A stretch of DNA of 64,000 bases from Treponemataceae bacterium (GCA_963677895.2 CAXXGJ010000002.1:341083-405082), one strand, 5' to 3'; shown: positions 39,055-49,129, counted from the first letter of the stretch. The notes: generated from the letters alone by a model not told the origin. Program-made: numbers and translations.

Positions 39055-40755
39055 ATGATTGCCAAGGAAGGACAGTCTTCGTCCGATTTCGAAGCGGGAA
39101 CGCTCATACACGATATCTCCGATCATTTGACGGCCCTGTCGGGCATCGCTCATTCCGGCGCGGTTTCTTCTTCGTTCGAGAACGCCGAAAAGGCGGGACT
39201 CCTCGCCTCGGCCTTGTCCGAAGGCCTGCGAAGCGGACAGAACCTCGCCCTCTATCCTGTTTTCAGGATAATTTCCCTTCTGAACCGCTCTCTCAAGGCC
39301 TTTGACGAGGAAGAACTCGCGGCGGCCGGAATATTGACGGCGCGCGCTGTCGAAGCCGCCAGGACTCTCGCTTCGCGAATGGGCATAAGGCAGATGGACC
39401 CGATCTCCACCAACTTGCAGGATGGCGAAATCCTGCCGCCGGAGAAGGTGGCGCAGGCGAAGCCGGGCAGGGTGCTGCTCGCCCTGGAGCCGTCCCTCGC
39501 CGAAAATGTGGCTGGGCTATTGAGACGTTTCGGGCATGAGGTCCTCGTCGCCCGCTCCCCCGCCGATCTTTTTTCGGCCTTCGGGTTTTCGGACGAAACG
39601 CCGACCGTTGGCGAAACGCCGGCCGCTGGCGAAACGCCGGCCGCTGTCATGCGCCACATCTCCTGCGGAACGATAGGCACCTATACCCTTTCCAGGAAAC
39701 GTGCCGCCGACGAATCGAGGTGGGCATCCCTGCCTGATGTTCTGGTCGGCGATATGTTCTCGGCCGGTTTCGCCGGTTTCGAGCTTCAGGAATTCCTGAA
39801 ATCCTGCGGAGAATTCATCGATACCAGGATGATCGTCCTCTCGCCTTTCTCCGAATCGAAATGCACGGCCCGCGTGATACAGCTCGGGGCCGATGGATAT
39901 TTCAGGCTGGATGTGGAACCTTCCGTCCTGCTCGCGCGCATCGAATCGAGCATCGAGCGGAAGCGGCTGCGGGAGAGGCGGCAGCTTTACGTCGCGGCGC
40001 TGGCGCGCACGAGGGCCTCGCTGGAGGAAGAACTGCGCAAGGGCGCCGAATACGTGCGCTGTCTTTTGCCCGGAAAGATCTCGGGCGCCACGATGTCGAC
40101 GGACTGGACCTTCATCCCATCGGCCAGCCTCGGCGGCGACCTTTTCGGCTACCACAGGCTCGACGACGGCCGGATGGTCTTCTTCATGATCGACGTGGGC
40201 GGTCATGGCCTGCAGTCGGCCCTCTACTCGGTGACCCTCTTTGACGTCCTGCGCACCGAGGGCTTGAAGAATGTGGATTTCAGCGATCCGGTGGCGGTGA
40301 TGCGGGGCCTGAACCACGCGTTTCGGATGGAAGAGCGCAACAATATGCTCTTCACGCTCTGGTACGGGGTTTGGGACGAAAAGACGCGAATCCTCACCCA
40401 CGCGTCGGCGGGCAGCCCTCCGGCTGTGCTCATCGTCCAGGGAGGCGGAGCCGTGGAGCTGAAGGCTGAAGGCATGGTGGCCGGCGCCGATCCCGACGCC
40501 GTCTACAAAAAAATGGAAATTCAGGTGCCGAGGGAATCGCGCCTTTTCCTCTTTTCCGACGGCATCTACGAGTTTTTCACCAAGGAAGGGGAAATTTTGG
40601 GACTGGAAGCCTTCATCCAATTGCTGGAACGGGTCGCGTCGGGCACATCCCATGAAAAAACGAGCATAGAAGAGCTTCAAAAAAAACTCTCGGCGCTTTC
40701 CGCCGTCGATCATTTCCAGGACGACGTATCCCTTCTGGAGGTTCGCTTTGATTGA
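39055..40755 (+). CDS. SpoIIE/RsbU-type PP2C phosphatase with degenerate REC domain
   Basis: LGGDLFGY, IDVGGHG, FTLWYGV, ASAGSPP, LFSDGIYE, DDVSLL; upstream GADGYF..VLLARI; true start set at ATG 39055. Confidence 0.85.
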   Translation: MIAKEGQSSSDFEAGTLIHDISDHLTALSGIAHSGAVSSSFENAEKAGLLASALSEGLRSGQNLALYPVFRIISLLNRSLKAFDEEELAAAGILTARAVEAARTLASRMGIRQMDPISTNLQDGEILPPEKVAQAKPGRVLLALEPSLAENVAGLLRRFGHEVLVARSPADLFSAFGFSDETPTVGETPAAGETPAAVMRHISCGTIGTYTLSRKRAADESRWASLPDVLVGDMFSAGFAGFELQEFLKSCGEFIDTRMIVLSPFSESKCTARVIQLGADGYFRLDVEPSVLLARIESSIERKRLRERRQLYVAALARTRASLEEELRKGAEYVRCLLPGKISGATMSTDWTFIPSASLGGDLFGYHRLDDGRMVFFMIDVGGHGLQSALYSVTLFDVLRTEGLKNVDFSDPVAVMRGLNHAFRMEERNNMLFTLWYGVWDEKTRILTHASAGSPPAVLIVQGGGAVELKAEGMVAGADPDAVYKKMEIQVPRESRLFLFSDGIYEFFTKEGEILGLEAFIQLLERVASGTSHEKTSIEELQKKLSALSAVDHFQDDVSLLEVRFD

Positions 40756-41809
40756 CCCATCGCCCCTGAACGCGAGTTCCGGCGAAGCCGCCGGATCGGT
40801 CTTCAAGGAAATTGTCCTGGCAAGGCCGGATGACTTTCATGCCCACTTCAGGCAGGGCGATGCGTTGGCGCTTTACGTCAGGCGCCACAGCGCCTGTTTT
40901 GGAAGGGCTATCGTCATGCCCAACACGCTTCCGCCCATTGCCGGCGCCGCGTCGCTCGTCGCCTACAGGGAAAAAATTATCGGCTGTCTGCCGGAAGGTT
41001 CGGATTTTGCTCCCCTCATGACCTTCAAGCTTCTTCCCGGAATGGGCGCGAAGACGGTCGAGGCATGCATAGCGGCCGGGGCGATGGCGGGAAAATACTA
41101 TCCGGCGGGCGCGACGACCAACGCGGCCGATGGTCCCTCGAATCCCGACAGCGTAGCCGAGGCTCTTTCCGCCATGGAATCCGCCGGGATCATTCTTTCC
41201 ATCCACGGCGAAGATCCCGACGCCCCCTCGCTGGAGCGCGAGACCGCCTTTCTCGCCACGCTGGAGAATATCCTGTTTCGTTGGCCCCGGCTTCGCGTCG
41301 TGCTCGAGCACCTGTCCACGAAAGAAGCGGCGGATTTCGTCGCCGCCGGACCCGAAAGATTGGCGGCCACCATCACAGCCCATCATCTGCTTTTCACGAT
41401 CGACGACATGCTGGGCGGCAGCCTCGATCCTCACCTTTTCTGCAAGCCGATCATAAAATCAGTCGTCGACAGGGAAGCGCTCCGGAAGGCCGCGTTCTCG
41501 GCTTCACCCAAGTTTTTCTTCGGAAGCGACTCGGCGCCGCACGCGCGCGCGGCCAAAGAACGCGGACATGCGCCGGGAGGCATCTATTCGTCTCCCGCCG
41601 CCATCCCCGCGCTTGTCGGTCTCTTCGAATCGGCGGGGGCTCTGGAAGCGCTCGGGCCCTTCCTGGCCGGCAACGGCGCCCGCTTCTACCGGCTTCCGGC
41701 CCCCACAGGCACGATAAGACTCCGCCGCGAAGCCTGGAAAGTGCCCGACGAAATAGACGGCGTCGTCCCGATGTGCGCGGGCGCCGAACTGGCGTGGCGC
41801 CTCGCCTAA
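40748..41809 (+). CDS. pyrC: Dihydroorotase, homodimeric type
   Basis: PDDFHAHFRQG, VMPN, KYYPAGATTN, HGE, VLEH, HLFCKP, FGSDSAPH. Confidence 0.93.
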   Translation: MIDPSPLNASSGEAAGSVFKEIVLARPDDFHAHFRQGDALALYVRRHSACFGRAIVMPNTLPPIAGAASLVAYREKIIGCLPEGSDFAPLMTFKLLPGMGAKTVEACIAAGAMAGKYYPAGATTNAADGPSNPDSVAEALSAMESAGIILSIHGEDPDAPSLERETAFLATLENILFRWPRLRVVLEHLSTKEAADFVAAGPERLAATITAHHLLFTIDDMLGGSLDPHLFCKPIIKSVVDREALRKAAFSASPKFFFGSDSAPHARAAKERGHAPGGIYSSPAAIPALVGLFESAGALEALGPFLAGNGARFYRLPAPTGTIRLRREAWKVPDEIDGVVPMCAGAELAWRLA

Positions 41810-41870
41810 GCCGGTCCCGATCCGCCCGCGCCGCGAAATTTCAGACTTATCCGAGCTGATTTAGCTTGAC

Positions 41871-42578
41871 TCAAGCCAATGCGGCGTATCTTTCCAGCGA
41901 CGATTCAATGAGCCTGTGCCCTGCCCTGTTGGGGTGGATTCCGTCGTCGCACATATACTCCCTGTAATCTCTTTGCGCCAGAAAGTCCTTCCTGATATCC
42001 AGGAGCGGACAACCCTTGGCCGCGGCCACCGCCCTGACGGCTTTATCGTAGCCTTCGTGCCAGCGGAAAATCTGCTCCACGCCGCCCAGCCAGCGCAGAA
42101 TGGCCTCGCGGTCCAGACCGTTGCGCGTGATCCATGCCAGATAGCGTTCGGCGACGAGCGGGGGGAGGCTCATGATGGCGGGCTGGAGTCCGTTCCCGCG
42201 CAGGGCGTCTATCATCTCGCCGTATATGCGCGAAAAAACATCGAGGGGCGTCAGGGGGATATGGTCGGTTTCGGGGCTCGCGGCCACTTCGTCCCAGAGG
42301 AAGTCGCAGTCGTTGCCGCCGAACTCGAGAATGGCGATTCCCTTGCTTTTATCCGGACCGGGCTCCGGCGCTCTTTCCCCCGAAACGAAGCGGCGGAGGA
42401 TGTCGAGTCCTTTCGTGACGGTACAGCCGAATCTGGCCTTGTTGACGAGGTGGACGCCGAGCTTCTCGGCGGCGAGCGTGGCGAAACTTTCCTTTATGGG
42501 CGTATAGCTTCCATCTTCATCGAGGATTATGCCTCGCGCCACCGAATCCCCGAAAAGATAGACATTCCCTGGAACCAT
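41871..42578 (-). CDS. SGNH/GDSL hydrolase
   Basis: FGDS (block I), EFGGNDCD (block III), DGIHPN..GH (block V); GGAGG RBS. Confidence 0.88.
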   Translation of the reverse strand: MVPGNVYLFGDSVARGIILDEDGSYTPIKESFATLAAEKLGVHLVNKARFGCTVTKGLDILRRFVSGERAPEPGPDKSKGIAILEFGGNDCDFLWDEVAASPETDHIPLTPLDVFSRIYGEMIDALRGNGLQPAIMSLPPLVAERYLAWITRNGLDREAILRWLGGVEQIFRWHEGYDKAVRAVAAAKGCPLLDIRKDFLAQRDYREYMCDDGIHPNRAGHRLIESSLERYAALA

Positions 42579-42720
42579 ACCAAAGCCTCCAATATCGTGT
42601 AATATAATATTTATTATCACATAACACAGTAATAATAATAATATAACATGATATTGAAGTCGTCAACGTCCGGGAAGCCATATATTGTAGTATTGATAAC
42701 CATATGCTATCGTTCCCCGC

Positions 42721-43383
42721 ATGGATGAAATGAACGTCGAGGCTATAGGTCAATATTTCAGCACGCTTTCGCGAAAGGCTCCGGCCGAATGGGAATCGCT
42801 TCCCGACATCGGGCTTTACATGGACCAGGTAGTCACGTATCTGGAACGCCAGCTTGGCGTTTTCGTGAAGACGAATGAAGACGGGGTAATAACTCCATCG
42901 ATGATAAATAATTACGCCAAGGCCAAGATCGTGCCGCGCACCGAGGGCAAGAAATACGGACAGGAGCATATCGCCTTGCTCTTGACGGTTTTTACGCTGA
43001 AAAGGGTGCTGTCGGTCCAGGATATGGGCGCCCTCATAGGGAAGATCGGCGATGCCGTCGAAATTGAGGAGTTCTATGGACGCTTCAGGAGCGGCATGGA
43101 GCATTCGGTCGGGGAGACAGCCGCGCAGGTGAGTTCGGCGCTCCAGGCCGCGACCGACGCCGATAAGAGCGTAGACGCGAAGACCTTGCGCGCTTTGGCT
43201 CTGGAGCTTGCGGTCGACGCCAGCGTCAGAAGCTACGCGGCCGAAACGCTTCTGGCTTTCGCGAGCCCGGAAAAGGGCGGGACGGAAAAGGAAGACAAAG
43301 CGAAGGCGAAAAGAGAAAAGGCCGCGCTTAAAAAGGAAAAAAAGGAGAAAAAAGCCTCGGGCTCAGCCTCTGGCTCGGCCTGA
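42721..43383 (+). CDS. DUF1836 family protein
   Basis: WESLPDIGLYMDQVV.Y, ITPSMINNYAK, KKY...HIA.L. Confidence 0.85.
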   Translation: MDEMNVEAIGQYFSTLSRKAPAEWESLPDIGLYMDQVVTYLERQLGVFVKTNEDGVITPSMINNYAKAKIVPRTEGKKYGQEHIALLLTVFTLKRVLSVQDMGALIGKIGDAVEIEEFYGRFRSGMEHSVGETAAQVSSALQAATDADKSVDAKTLRALALELAVDASVRSYAAETLLAFASPEKGGTEKEDKAKAKREKAALKKEKKEKKASGSASGSA

Positions 43384-43420
43384 GCGCTGGCCGAGGCCTT
43401 TGCGCCGCCGAAAGCCTTGG

Positions 43421-44542
43421 TTACAGTTCCACGATCCTCGAAGACGTGAGCACCTTGTGACCGGTTTCCGTTATGAGGATATCGTTCTCCAGCCTGACGC
43501 CGCCAAAATCGGGGTGGTAGAGGCCGGGTTCTATGGTGACGATGTTGCCAGGCTTCAAGATAGCCGTATTTTCTTTCCTTAAGTTGATGCCGGGTGTTTC
43601 GTGGGCTTCCAGTCCAATGCTGTGGCCAAGGGCGTGCGGCATGGAAAATCCGGCCGCGGAGAAATATTCGTCGACGGCGAGGGCTATGCCGCGGGCCGAG
43701 GCGCCGGGCGCGCAGCCGGCGACGCCTTTTTCGTAGGCTCCTTTGACCAGCTGGATCATCAGGTCCTGTTCCTTGGAGAAGGGGCCGCGCACAAAACTCA
43801 TTGTGACGTCGGTCGTGTAGCCGTCGATGACGATGCCGAAATCGAGAATCGAGAAGCCCTTCGTCCCGAAGGGACCGGCGCCGTAATTGGGGAAGGCGTG
43901 GATGCCGAAACTGCGTCCGGGGCCTGCCGCGAGCGTGTCGAAGCCCGTTCCCTCGGCCCCGGCGCCTCTGGCTTCCCTTTCGATAAAGAGGGCGACGTCG
44001 AGTTCGGTGGCGAGTTTCCCCTTTTTCATGCCTTCCTCAATCATGTCGATGAGATGGTCAGTGAGGGCCGATGCCCTTTCGTAGATGGCGAGTTCGCCCT
44101 CGTCCTTGACTGAGCGCATCTCGGACAGGGTCGAATCTATTCCGCCTTCTTCGCAGAGGAGGTCCCACTCGTCCAGGGCGCCGACATGGTCGACGAAGGA
44201 CGGGTAAGGCGTCGCCGCTGGCAGTTCGACCTTCTGGCCTGCGGGTACGCCCAGCTCGGCGAGCACGAAGCGCATGGCCGAGGCCGATCGTCGTCCGAAA
44301 TCCGTATAGGCGAAGATCTTGTCGACATGGGCCATCTTTTCGGCCATATTGCGGTCCCATGCCACGAGAGCCGAGGCGCCGTCCGCCCCGATCACGAGAA
44401 AAGCGTCGCCGGGCTGTCCGCAGAGATAGCGTACCGCCGGGCTCCGCATATGTTCGAAATCCTCGAAGCGGGCGGCGGCGATGCCGCGGCTTTTCAAGGC
44501 TTGGGCGACTTTTTCGCGTCGCTGGCGGTAAATATCGTTCAT
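43421..44542 (-). CDS. Xaa-Pro aminopeptidase/dipeptidase, M24B family
   Basis: RSVKD..E, DFG...GYTTDVT, HALGHSIGLEAHE.P, TIEPGLY..GGVRLENDI. Confidence 0.9.
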   Translation of the reverse strand: MNDIYRQRREKVAQALKSRGIAAARFEDFEHMRSPAVRYLCGQPGDAFLVIGADGASALVAWDRNMAEKMAHVDKIFAYTDFGRRSASAMRFVLAELGVPAGQKVELPAATPYPSFVDHVGALDEWDLLCEEGGIDSTLSEMRSVKDEGELAIYERASALTDHLIDMIEEGMKKGKLATELDVALFIEREARGAGAEGTGFDTLAAGPGRSFGIHAFPNYGAGPFGTKGFSILDFGIVIDGYTTDVTMSFVRGPFSKEQDLMIQLVKGAYEKGVAGCAPGASARGIALAVDEYFSAAGFSMPHALGHSIGLEAHETPGINLRKENTAILKPGNIVTIEPGLYHPDFGGVRLENDILITETGHKVLTSSRIVEL

Positions 44543-45708
44543 GCTTTTGCCTTCGCAATCCCGTCGAGGGTCGCCTTGAGAATTTCGAGACCGCGATCGA
44601 TTTCGGCATCGCTGATAACGAGGGGAGGCAGGAGCCTGAGCGTGTCGTCGCCGGCGGTGAGAATGAGGAGTCTGTCGGCGCGGCAGGCGGCGACGACGTC
44701 CCCCGGAGGAACCGAAACGCCGATGCCTATCATGAGACCCATGCCGCGCACTTCCTTGACGAGGGGATTCTTCCAGGAGCGCACCGTCGTCCGGATCTTT
44801 TCGCCCTTTCTTTCCACCTCGGCCATGAATCCCGGCGAAGAAAGCTCGTCGAGAACGACATTGGCGGCGGCTGCGGCCAGGGGATTTCCCCCGAAGGTGG
44901 TGCCGTGATCGCCGGGCTGGAGCACGTCGGCGCTGGGCCCTTTGGCCAGCACGGCTCCCACGGGAACGCCGCCCGCGAGCCCTTTCGCGACGCCGACCAT
45001 GTCGGGGTGAATTCCCATTTTCTGGTAGGCGAGGAAGGCGCCAGACCTGCCGATGCCCGTCTGCACTTCATCGGCGACGAAAAGGATGTCCCTTTTCCTG
45101 CAGAGCGCCTCGGCGGCCTTCAGATAGTCGGTATCGAGGGGATTGACGCCGCCTTCGCCCTGGATGGGCTCGAAAAGAAAGGCGCAGACGTTTTCGGTCA
45201 GCGCGGCGTCGAGCGCGGCGATGTTGTTCGCTTCGACATAGATGAAACCGGGCGTGAAGGGACCGAAGAACTGATGGAACTTGTCCTGGCCTGTGGCCGT
45301 GACGGTGGTGACCGTCCTGCCGTGGAAAGAACCCTTGAGCGTGACGATGAGATTCTTGTCGGGATTTTTTGCCGATCCGTATTTGCGAGCGATCTTGATG
45401 AGGCCTTCGTTGGCCTCGGCGCCCGAGTTGCAGAAGAAGACTTTGTCCATGCCAGCCATGTCGGCCAGTCTTTCGGACAGGCGCGTGGAAGCGTCGGTCA
45501 CGAAATAGTTCGAGACGTGGATGAGGCGGGCCGCCTGGTCGGCGATGGCCTTCACGAGCTTCGGATGCCCGTGCCCGAGCGAATTGACGCCTATTCCCGC
45601 CGTGAAATCGATGTATTCAGCGCCGTCCTTCGTGTAAAGGGTGGCGCCTTTCCCATGGTCCAGGACCAGTCCGGTCCTCTTGTACGTGTTCATCGTCTTG
45701 TCGTTCAT
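44539..45708 (-). CDS. argD: Acetylornithine aminotransferase
   Basis: DFTAGIGVNSLGH, FCNSGAEANE, SFHGRT, EPIQGEGG, DEVQTG.GR, AKGLAGG, HGTTFGGNP; start overlaps the argB stop. Confidence 0.92.
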   Translation of the reverse strand: MNDKTMNTYKRTGLVLDHGKGATLYTKDGAEYIDFTAGIGVNSLGHGHPKLVKAIADQAARLIHVSNYFVTDASTRLSERLADMAGMDKVFFCNSGAEANEGLIKIARKYGSAKNPDKNLIVTLKGSFHGRTVTTVTATGQDKFHQFFGPFTPGFIYVEANNIAALDAALTENVCAFLFEPIQGEGGVNPLDTDYLKAAEALCRKRDILFVADEVQTGIGRSGAFLAYQKMGIHPDMVGVAKGLAGGVPVGAVLAKGPSADVLQPGDHGTTFGGNPLAAAAANVVLDELSSPGFMAEVERKGEKIRTTVRSWKNPLVKEVRGMGLMIGIGVSVPPGDVVAACRADRLLILTAGDDTLRLLPPLVISDAEIDRGLEILKATLDGIAKAKA

Positions 45709-46568
45709 ACGATCATCGTCCCCATGCCTCTGTCGCTGAATAGCTCGATGAGGAGCGAGTGCGGCGACCGGCCGTCCAGAATATGTGTCGTTTTGACACC
45801 CAGCGAAAGAGCCTGCACGCAGCATTCCACCTTGGGAATCATGCCGCCGGATACTATCTTCTGCGCGATGAGGGCGGGAACGTCCTCGCGCTTGAGCACG
45901 GAGATGAGGGTGGCCATGTCGGCCACGTCCTTCAGGAGGCCGGGCACGTCGGTGAGAAGGATGAGCTTTTCGGCGCCGAGGGCGCCGGCGAGTTCGGCGG
46001 CGGCTGTATCGGCGTTGATGTTGTAGTAGCCGGTTTCGTCGTTCGGCCTGAGCGCGATGGTGGATACGACGGGGATGTACCCTGCGTCTAGCGCGTGGCG
46101 CACGATGTCAGGCCCCACCGAGGAGATTTCGCCGACCATGCCGAGGTCGACGCCGTTCTTCTGCAGGCGATTGGCGCGGAAAAGCCCTCCGTCGCCGCCG
46201 CAGATGCCTATCGCGGAGCCGCCCTGACGCTCGATGTGGGCGACGAGGTCCTTGTTCACCTTGCCGGCCAGAACCATCTGGACGATCTCCATGGTTTCAT
46301 CGTCCGTATAGCGGATTCCGTCGATGAAGACTCTTTCCTTGCCTAGTTTTTTAAGCATGCGGTCGATCTCCGGTCCGCCCCCGTGGACGAGCACCGGCTT
46401 TATGCCGACCTGCTGCATGAGGATGAGATCCTGGAGGACCGCCGCGCGGACGCCCTCGTTGATCATCGCGGCGCCGCCGTACTTCACGACGACGATCTTC
46501 CCCGTGAAGGATTTGAAATAGGGCATCGCCTGGATCAGAATGTCGACCCTGACATTATCGTTGATCAT
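45705..46568 (-). CDS. argB: Acetylglutamate kinase
   Basis: VVKYGGAAM, VHGGGPEI, NINADTAA, LTDVPG, GGMIPKV, HILDGR.PHS. Confidence 0.96.
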   Translation of the reverse strand: MINDNVRVDILIQAMPYFKSFTGKIVVVKYGGAAMINEGVRAAVLQDLILMQQVGIKPVLVHGGGPEIDRMLKKLGKERVFIDGIRYTDDETMEIVQMVLAGKVNKDLVAHIERQGGSAIGICGGDGGLFRANRLQKNGVDLGMVGEISSVGPDIVRHALDAGYIPVVSTIALRPNDETGYYNINADTAAAELAGALGAEKLILLTDVPGLLKDVADMATLISVLKREDVPALIAQKIVSGGMIPKVECCVQALSLGVKTTHILDGRSPHSLLIELFSDRGMGTMIV

Positions 46569-46658
46569 ATTCGCACTCCCCCTTTCCTGGGTGTTTATTC
46601 GCTGACCGTTAATTGCTGACTTCTGACTGCCGGCCGCCGGTTGCCTGCCGCCTCCGGA

Positions 46659-47876
46659 TCAGGTCCGATAGTCGCCGTTTATCCTCACATATTCGTAGGT
46701 GAGGTCGCAACCCCAGGCGGTGGCCTGCGCGTCGCCCTCATTCATCGTGACATAGATAGTCACTTCCTGGTAGCTGAGGATTTTCTTGGCTTTTTCCTCG
46801 TTGAAGGGAAGGGGAGCGCCGTTCTTGCACACCTCGATGTAGCCCGAAGCGCTCTCGAAGGCGATGTCCACTTTGTTAGGGTCGAAATCCTTGCGCGTAT
46901 AGCCCAGCGCGCAGAGAATCCTTCCCCAGTTCGCGTCAGCGCCGAAAATGGCCGTCTTGACGAGGCTGGAGCAGATGACGCCCTTCGCGAGCTCCTCGGC
47001 CTTGGCTTCGTCCGCGGCGCTCTCGACGGTGCACTCGATGAGCTTCGTGGCTCCCTCGCCGTCGCGGGCTATCATGCGCGCGAGCTGGGTGTTGAGCCAG
47101 TTGAGGCCTTCGTAGAAGGACCTGTAATCGGCGCCCTCCGTTTCAATGAAGGCATTGCCGGCCATTCCGTTGGCCAGGATGACGACCATGTCGTTGGTCG
47201 AGGTGTCGCCGTCGACGCTTACGCGGTTGTAGGTCTTCGTGACGGAAGCGGAGATCGCTTTCTGGAGCATGGCCGGACTGATGGCGCAGTCCGTCGTTAT
47301 GAAAGAAAGCATCGTCGCCATGTTGGGATGGATCATCCCCGAACCCTTGGCCATGGCGCCTATCGTCACCGTCTGCTCGCCTATTTCGAACTGGACGGCC
47401 AATTCCTTTTTTACCGTATCGGTGGTCATGATGGCTTCGCGCGCGTCGATGTTGCCCGTCTTGGAAAGCCCGGCCACCAGCTGTTCCATTCCGGCTTCGA
47501 TAATGCCCACGTCCAGCTGCTGGCCGATCACGCCCGTGGAGGCCACGACCACGTCGCTGGCAGAAACAGGAAGGCGTTCGGCCACGAGCGCCGCCATCCG
47601 CTTCGCCGCGGCGATGCCCGCCTCGCCGGTGCAGGTGTTCGCGTTGCCGGAATTGACGATGATGGCCTGGGCCTTGCCGTCCGCGAGATGTTCCATCGTG
47701 ACGAGAAGGGGCTGGCCCTTTACCTGGTTCGTCGTGTACGCCGCAGCGGCGCTGCAGGGCTTTTCCGACCATACCAAAGCCAGATCTTTCTTTTCCTTGT
47801 TCTTCCTGATGCCCACATGGACGCCGGATGCCGTAAAACCCTTGGCCGCGGTAACACCGCCGCGAATTTGTATCAT
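46659..47876 (-). CDS. argJ: Ornithine acetyltransferase
   Basis: NSGNANTCTG, STGVIG, AIMTTDT, KGSGMIHPNMATML, DGDTSTND, DGEGATK, WGCDLTYEYVRING. Confidence 0.96.
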   Translation of the reverse strand: MIQIRGGVTAAKGFTASGVHVGIRKNKEKKDLALVWSEKPCSAAAAYTTNQVKGQPLLVTMEHLADGKAQAIIVNSGNANTCTGEAGIAAAKRMAALVAERLPVSASDVVVASTGVIGQQLDVGIIEAGMEQLVAGLSKTGNIDAREAIMTTDTVKKELAVQFEIGEQTVTIGAMAKGSGMIHPNMATMLSFITTDCAISPAMLQKAISASVTKTYNRVSVDGDTSTNDMVVILANGMAGNAFIETEGADYRSFYEGLNWLNTQLARMIARDGEGATKLIECTVESAADEAKAEELAKGVICSSLVKTAIFGADANWGRILCALGYTRKDFDPNKVDIAFESASGYIEVCKNGAPLPFNEEKAKKILSYQEVTIYVTMNEGDAQATAWGCDLTYEYVRINGDYRT

Positions 47877-47938
47877 GCTCAACCTCGCTTTTATGCCGCG
47901 CGCAGGCGCGGCAGAACCAGCATTTTAATTCCGCCGCC

Positions 47939-48997
47939 CTAGAAAGCCGGAGGAACCATTCTGAGCCCGGCGGTTTCATCGAAACCGAGGGCGAGATTCA
48001 TGTTCTGCACGGCTTGGCCAGCCGCGCCCTTCACCATATTGTCGATCGTCGAAACGACGATTCCCGTCCTGCCGTTCGAGGAAAGATGGACGGAGATGTC
48101 GCAATAGTTCGAGAACTTCACGTTCCTGTTGCTGGCGGTCGCGCCGAGGGCGAGCACCCGCACGAAAGGTTCCTTCGAGTAGAACGACGCGTAGAGATCG
48201 CGCAGGCTTTTCGCGTCCATGGCTTTCTTCAGGCTGAAATAGATCGTGCTGACGATGCCCCTGTTCATGGGCGCCAGATGGGGGGTGAAGACGGAGGAAA
48301 CCGCCTCGCCGGCCATAATCGAAAGATAGCGGTCAATCTCGGGCTGATGCCGATGGGCGCCCACCTTATAGGGAGAAATCGCGTCCACGCAATCGACATA
48401 ATGCGTCGTCTGGCTCGGTTCGCGACCGGCGCCGGTGAGGCCCGACGCCGAATCGATGATGATGCTGCCGGAGTCCGCGATCCCGGCCGAGAGCGCCGGA
48501 TAGAGGCCGAGTTCGGCCGTGGTGGGATAGCAGCCGGGATTGCCTATGAGGCGCGCCTTGCGGATTTTTTCCCTATTGAGTTCGGGCAGCCCGTAGACGG
48601 CCTTGGCATGGAGCTCGGGCCGCGTATAGCTCTTTCCGTACCATGCGGTATAGGTAGCTTCGTCATCGCCAAAACGAAAGTCGGCCGAAATGTCGATGAA
48701 AAGTCCGCCTTTAGCCAGGCATCGTTCGGCCGCGGATTCGGCGAAGCCGTGGGGCAGGCAGGAAAAGAGAATGTCGGAGGCTTCGATCACCGCCTCGGCG
48801 CTTTCGAGCATCATTGGGGGATTGCCATAGCCCGTTTGATCCGGACTGCCGAAAGAGGGATACACTGAACCGAGCGCCTTGCCTTCGAAACTGACGGAGG
48901 AAAGGTGGAGCTGCTTGGGTTCCGGGTGGGCGAGCAGTATCCTGGCCAGTTCCGCTCCGGCATAGCCGGAAGCGCCAAGAATGCCTATCTGAATCAT
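47939..48997 (-). CDS. argC: N-acetyl-gamma-glutamyl-phosphate reductase
   Basis: GASGYAGAEL, DISADFR, YGLPE, NPGCYPT, SG.TGAG, HRHQPEI, DNMVKGAAGQA.QNMN; AGGAGG before ATG 48997. Confidence 0.96.
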   Translation of the reverse strand: MIQIGILGASGYAGAELARILLAHPEPKQLHLSSVSFEGKALGSVYPSFGSPDQTGYGNPPMMLESAEAVIEASDILFSCLPHGFAESAAERCLAKGGLFIDISADFRFGDDEATYTAWYGKSYTRPELHAKAVYGLPELNREKIRKARLIGNPGCYPTTAELGLYPALSAGIADSGSIIIDSASGLTGAGREPSQTTHYVDCVDAISPYKVGAHRHQPEIDRYLSIMAGEAVSSVFTPHLAPMNRGIVSTIYFSLKKAMDAKSLRDLYASFYSKEPFVRVLALGATASNRNVKFSNYCDISVHLSSNGRTGIVVSTIDNMVKGAAGQAVQNMNLALGFDETAGLRMVPPAF

Positions 48998-49129
48998 CCA
49001 AATCCTCCTGGACGGGGCTGAACTCCCGAGGGAACAATACCCCCAGGCTTTCACTATGGATAATAACCCTCAAAAAAATGAAGGTCGAGCTATTAATGTC
49101 TGTGGTTGTGGCAGGTGGCGGTCGACGCC

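Noticed and set aside
46600..46652. Degenerate 7-bp periodic sequence between argJ and argB
   Set aside because: Too short and degenerate to support a defined repeat element
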